IMG/VR virus record: IMGVR_UViG_3300048997_000046
Span: 1 to 45,533 of that record
Direction: 5' to 3' (one strand)
Source: a virus
DNA length: 45,533 nucleotides
The notes beneath the pieces were generated by a model. That model worked only from the letters and a program-made list of their open reading frames with translations. It was not told where the DNA came from and made no database searches. Positions 42,688-45,533 of this stretch are shown here, one piece after another; position 1 is the stretch's first letter; each line of letters opens with the position of its first letter. A program made the translations under genes and the position numbers.

Positions 42688-43368
42688 ATGAAACTCGACT
42701 GGCGAGAGCGGCTCAAAAGGGCGATTGAGCGGAAACAAACGACCATGAAGGCGCTGTCTAAGGGTGCCGGATTGGGCGAAACCTACGTTCGGGACATTCT
42801 TGAGCGGGACCGTGATCCGTCTGTGGAAAATGCAAAGCGGCTCTGCGCCACCCTCAATACTTCATATGAATCGATCTTCGGCGAGGGGCCGCTAGAAGAT
42901 CAGATGCCCCCTATGCGCGGGAACATCTTTGAATTTGGTGGTATCGAATACGCGCGAATCCCAGTCTATGACATCAGGTTTGCGGCCGGCACCGGAAATG
43001 TGGAGGAAGGCGATGAAGAACCCATTGACCATTATCTGGTCAGCATGAACACCCTTCGCGCTGCAACGGACGCCCCGCTAACGCAGCTAGCAATTTTTCA
43101 AGCCCACGGCGATTCCATGAAGGAGACTATCAACGGCGGGGATTGGGTTTTCGTGGATCGCCGGAAAACTAATCTCCGAATCCCTGGAATCTATGCCCTG
43201 ACCGTAGACGGCGAGAGGCTCCTGAAGCGTGGTCACCAGCATCTTGAAACCGGCGTTGTGACCTTGATTTCGGACAACACGGCCTATGAGCCGCGACGGC
43301 AAACAATTAAGCACCCAGAAAGGCTTAACATCATCGGCCGCGTCTTTTTGTCAATCCGGCGCCATTAG
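42688..43368 (+). CDS. cI: CI-like repressor (XRE HTH + S24 LexA-type autopeptidase)
   Basis: HTH MKALSKGAGLGETYVRDIL, Ser motif HGDSM and Lys motif LLKRG. An alternative start is 42661. No Shine-Dalgarno before either start. Confidence 0.85.
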   Translation: MKLDWRERLKRAIERKQTTMKALSKGAGLGETYVRDILERDRDPSVENAKRLCATLNTSYESIFGEGPLEDQMPPMRGNIFEFGGIEYARIPVYDIRFAAGTGNVEEGDEEPIDHYLVSMNTLRAATDAPLTQLAIFQAHGDSMKETINGGDWVFVDRRKTNLRIPGIYALTVDGERLLKRGHQHLETGVVTLISDNTAYEPRRQTIKHPERLNIIGRVFLSIRRH

Positions 43369-43677
43369 CATTCTGCGGTGCCGAGCCCGGATAACGGGAG
43401 CCCATGCGTAGCTTGCTGCCGTGAGAACTATTGCAATCACCAATGGCCACGAGAAGAACAGGATGGCAGGAACCAGCTCCCATCCCCAAACTACATGGGC
43501 CCCGTATATGCCAGCTATTCCGCCAAGCAGCGGAACCCATGTCAAGACAAACGCTAGCGAATATCCTACGAAGTGCGGTACTCCCAAAAAATAGGAGAAC
43601 CCGTCACCTATAGCAAACCATTGGAATAGGCCCATTAGAAAATATCCAATGCCTAGCAATACTCGCAGCGCACCCAT
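43351..43677 (-). CDS. Polytopic membrane protein, 108 aa (moron)
   Basis: Three to four hydrophobic spans. AAGGAG RBS. Visibly AT-richer DNA than the flanks. Confidence 0.6.
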   Translation of the reverse strand: MGALRVLLGIGYFLMGLFQWFAIGDGFSYFLGVPHFVGYSLAFVLTWVPLLGGIAGIYGAHVVWGWELVPAILFFSWPLVIAIVLTAASYAWAPVIRARHRRMLMAPD

Positions 43678-43690
43678 AATTCATGGCTCC

Positions 43691-43897
43691 TTATTGGTCT
43701 TTGCAATCCACTGGTCCATGTTGGTCTTGTTGAAATAACGGGAGGCAGGCGGTCACCGAGCCGGTCACCCTGTCCAGCCGAAATACCAAGCTGTTTTCGC
43801 CCGCCGCGACGATCTCATACCGGCCAGTGAAAAAGATCGCGCAGGCAATCACGCCAGCGGCAATCAAGATCGACACAGAGAGTGTTTGGTCGTGCAT
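43691..43897 (-). CDS. Signal-anchored small protein, 68 aa (moron)
   Basis: N-terminal TM SVSILIAAGVIACAIFF, same AT-rich block, co-oriented with 43351..43677. Confidence 0.5.
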   Translation of the reverse strand: MHDQTLSVSILIAAGVIACAIFFTGRYEIVAAGENSLVFRLDRVTGSVTACLPLFQQDQHGPVDCKDQ

Positions 43898-43939
43898 GGC
43901 GCACGTATCGTAAGCGCCGCTGGGTTACCGAAGATGAAA

Positions 43940-43982
43940 TGGGATATTGCCCATTGACAGGTGGGCTATTGCCCATTACCTT
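43940..43982 (+). promoter_or_regulatory. Early-left promoter with two operators
   Basis: TGGGATATTGCCCA at 43940..43953 and TGGGCTATTGCCCA at 43962..43975 (22-bp phasing). -35 TTGACA at 43954..43959 and -10 TACCTT at 43977..43982. Same architecture as the 42.6-kb promoter. Confidence 0.65.
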
Positions 43983-43992
43983 CCCCCTCACA

Positions 43993-44026
43993 CCACCCAT
44001 CAAGGGTGCTGCTGATGGAGGAACGA
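43993..44026 (+). promoter_or_regulatory. Conserved box, copy a: ccacccatcaagggtgctgctgatggaggaacga-ATG
   Basis: CACCC-ATCAA-GGGTG hairpin a few nt downstream of the predicted early-left transcription start. Confidence 0.5.
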
Positions 44027-44317
44027 ATGAAAGCAAAGAACGGTGAGCGAGCGGTTCTGGTTACGACCGCGCACCGGGGCGTGTTCTTTGGATACGCAAC
44101 CGAAACAGATGGCGCGATGGTGAAGCTACGCGCTGCCCGCAACTGCATCTACTGGCCTACGGAGAACAAGGGTTTCCTTGGCCTTGCGAGTACGGGGCCT
44201 GTCAGCGGTGCGAAAGTCGGCCCTGCTGCCGACATTGAATTACGTGACATCACATGCGTTGCAACGTGTACGGATGAAGCGGTCGAGCGCTGGGAAAAAG
44301 CACCGTGGGCGCGCTGA
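44027..44317 (+). CDS. First early-left gene, 96 aa, conserved hypothetical
   Basis: ATG 44027 lies 5 nt after GGAGGA. Internal start of ORF 43961..44317. Confidence 0.6.
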   Translation: MKAKNGERAVLVTTAHRGVFFGYATETDGAMVKLRAARNCIYWPTENKGFLGLASTGPVSGAKVGPAADIELRDITCVATCTDEAVERWEKAPWAR

Positions 44318-44970
44318 TCGTTCGCGGCGAGATTCCTAACGGCTACGGCTCCGGCTACGGCTACGGCTCCGGCGACGGCTACGGCTACGGCTACGGCTAC
44401 GGCTACGGCTCCGGCTACGGCGACGGCTACGGCTACGGCGACGGCTACGGCTACGGCTACGGCTCCGGCTACGGCTACGGCTACGGCTACGGCTACGGCT
44501 CCGGCTCCGGCTACGGCGACGGCTACGGCTACGGCTACGGCTCCGGCTACGGCGACGGCTACGGCTCCGGCTACGGCTACGGCTCCGGCTCCGGCTACGG
44601 CGACGGCTACGGCTACGGCTCCAAAGAATACTGGCTCGGATGCATCGAGTATTTTTCCGAGAAATGGCCTGAGCCGCAGCGCGAACATCTGGCACGGGCG
44701 CGCGATCTCGGTTTGCCGCTCGCGTACTGGCGAAGCAACAAACGCGGTTGCGCCTGCAATGGCGGGCAAAACAATCCTGTATCGCCGGGAACAATCGAAA
44801 CAACTCCGGGACCACTTGATCTGTGTTCTCGCGGAACGCTGCACGCAACGCTGATTCCGCCCAAGTGGAAAGGCGAACGATGGTGGATCGTCGCGCTTCA
44901 CGGCGAAGTTGTCGGCGACGAAGAAAAGTACGGCTGCCTCAAGCGTGAAATTATTGGCGAAGCAACATAA
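44305..44970 (+). CDS. Gly-Tyr dipeptide-repeat protein: (G-Y/S/D)x47 followed by a 115-aa Cys-containing globular domain
   Basis: Single open frame from GTG 44305 through the repeat into non-repetitive sequence (KEYWLGCIEYF...GTLHATLIPPKWKGERWWIVALHGE). Confidence 0.65.
   Translation: MGALIVRGEIPNGYGSGYGYGSGDGYGYGYGYGYGSGYGDGYGYGDGYGYGYGSGYGYGYGYGYGSGSGYGDGYGYGYGSGYGDGYGSGYGYGSGSGYGDGYGYGSKEYWLGCIEYFSEKWPEPQREHLARARDLGLPLAYWRSNKRGCACNGGQNNPVSPGTIETTPGPLDLCSRGTLHATLIPPKWKGERWWIVALHGEVVGDEEKYGCLKREIIGEAT
44341..44622 (+). repeat. Perfect-phase hexanucleotide microsatellite, 47 units of GGCTAC/GGCTCC/GGCGAC
   Basis: Read directly: 282 bp with no phase break. Only three unit variants, which differ at unit positions 4 or 5. 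Confidence 0.95.
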
Positions 44971-45001
44971 CCACCCATCAAGGGCGGCGGGAGACGGAAA
45001 G
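44971..45001 (+). promoter_or_regulatory. Conserved box, copy b: ccacccatcaagggcggcgggagacggaaag-ATG
   Basis: Its first 14 nt are identical to copy a and its last 20 nt nearly identical to copy c. Confidence 0.5.
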
Positions 45002-45523
45002 ATGAACGAGCGACCCAAGGTAATCCAGTTTACGGGTTCTGCGCCGCGCAATGACCATCGCTGGACTACTGATGAGCTAAAGCAACTCATCTCCATGTGG
45101 ATGGCTGGCGACGAAGTTGACAACATCGCAGTTGTATTCGGCGTCACACCGCGAGGCATCAACCGCCAGATTCAGCGGATGCGTGCCAACGGTATTTTGG
45201 TCCCGCGTCGTAAGCGTGGCCACCGCGCCGGTCGCAGCAACCAGCTTTGGACTCCAGAAGAGGTTGAATACCTCGTTCGTCGCCGGAACGAGCGCGCGTC
45301 CACCGAAGAAATCGCAAACGAACTCAACCGAACATTCAATGCCATTCAGGGCATGGTTGAAAGGCTCAAAGCAGAGGGCGTGATCGTTCGCTCATTTGGA
45401 CGCGGGAAGCATCGGCTCTGGAACGCCGAGCGGCTTCGCGACGCGATCTCTTTGCGCGGACTTAGCGACAAGGCTGAAACCGATCCATCGCGGCTTCTAA
45501 GCAATACCGGCGAAACACCATAG
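45002..45523 (+). CDS. GcrA/Myb-like DNA-binding protein with two tandem W-x-x-E-E...HTH repeats
   Basis: WTTDELKQLISMWMAGDEVDNIAVVFGVTPRGINRQIQRM and WTPEEVEYLVRRRNERASTEEIANELNRTFNAIQGMVERL resemble the GcrA N-terminal domain. Confidence 0.5.
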   Translation: MNERPKVIQFTGSAPRNDHRWTTDELKQLISMWMAGDEVDNIAVVFGVTPRGINRQIQRMRANGILVPRRKRGHRAGRSNQLWTPEEVEYLVRRRNERASTEEIANELNRTFNAIQGMVERLKAEGVIVRSFGRGKHRLWNAERLRDAISLRGLSDKAETDPSRLLSNTGETP

Positions 45524-45533
45524 CAGCCTAAGG
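45407..45533 (+). repeat. Terminal direct repeat, copy 2 (identical to 1..127)
   Basis: Base-for-base identity with 1..127. Confidence 0.97.

Larger units (their letters stand above)
1..45406. mobile_element. Complete circular temperate phage genome (podovirus-like virion module, lambdoid-style immunity module, integrase + attP)
   Basis: One copy each of the packaging/head/tail/lysis, early-left, early-right, immunity and int/attP modules. The window ends overlap exactly by 127 bp. Confidence 0.85.

Noticed and set aside
44341-44622. Considered a CRISPR array or other spacer-containing repeat.
   Set aside because: The period is 6 nt with no spacers, and the repeat lies inside an open reading frame. 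It is a coding microsatellite.
44149-45162. 337-aa and 170-aa minus-strand ORFs encoding poly(AV/AG) and poly(RS) across the hexamer repeat.
   Set aside because: They are by-products of the GGCTAC microsatellite read on the other strand. Only the plus-strand GY frame continues into a non-repetitive domain and fits the operon direction.

Overview
The window is one complete, circularly closed genome of a temperate, GC-rich phage. Positions 1-127 are identical to 45407-45533, so the unique length is 45,406 bp. I could run no searches, so every product call rests on motifs read from the ORF translations.

Layout:
- **Immunity switch (42.4-43.4 kb):** a CI-like HTH + S24 peptidase repressor (plus strand) diverges from a Cro-like gene (minus strand). 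Between them are three copies of a 14-bp palindromic operator, TGGGCTATTGCCCA.
- **Moron (43.35-43.9 kb):** two membrane-protein genes in a visibly AT-richer stretch.
- **Early-left operon:** a second operator pair with a TTGACA promoter at about 43.95 kb drives a plus-strand operon that runs across the circular junction to 10.4 kb. It encodes a Gly-Tyr dipeptide-repeat protein and a GcrA/Myb-like regulator. A recombination module follows: Sak/Rad52-like annealase, a small protein with an SSB-type MDEEIPF tail, and a NinB-like protein. The operon also carries an HNH nuclease and many small ORFs, and ends with an intact RtcB RNA ligase, an excisionase-like HTH, a tyrosine integrase and attP. 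attP carries the 3' 48 nt of a tRNA-Val(CAC).
- **Early-right operon (42.6 to 35.3 kb, minus strand):** a C5-methyltransferase-like protein, a DnaA-domain-IV protein, a PD-(D/E)XK resolvase-like nuclease, two more HNH nucleases and a DUF3102-like protein. A 548-bp structured noncoding gap interrupts it.
- **Late operon (34.1 to 10.5 kb, minus strand):** TerS, a zinc-ribbon protein, TerL, a podovirus-type portal, scaffold, a T7-like major capsid protein and tail tubular-like proteins. It continues with two ~1400-aa virion proteins (one with an SLT lytic transglycosylase domain), a glycine-rich tail fibre and a lysis cassette of M15 endolysin, lipoprotein and holin-like protein.

Most worth a second look:
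- A decoding-incompetent tRNA-like element, in the same genome as RtcB.
- The perfect hexamer microsatellite that encodes (Gly-Tyr/Ser/Asp)47.
- Four conserved boxB-like hairpin boxes between the first early-left genes.
- The SSB-tail mini-protein.
- The membrane-protein moron beside cI.
- A three-gene island with its own promoter at 34.6-35.4 kb.
- The 548-bp origin- or ncRNA-like gap.
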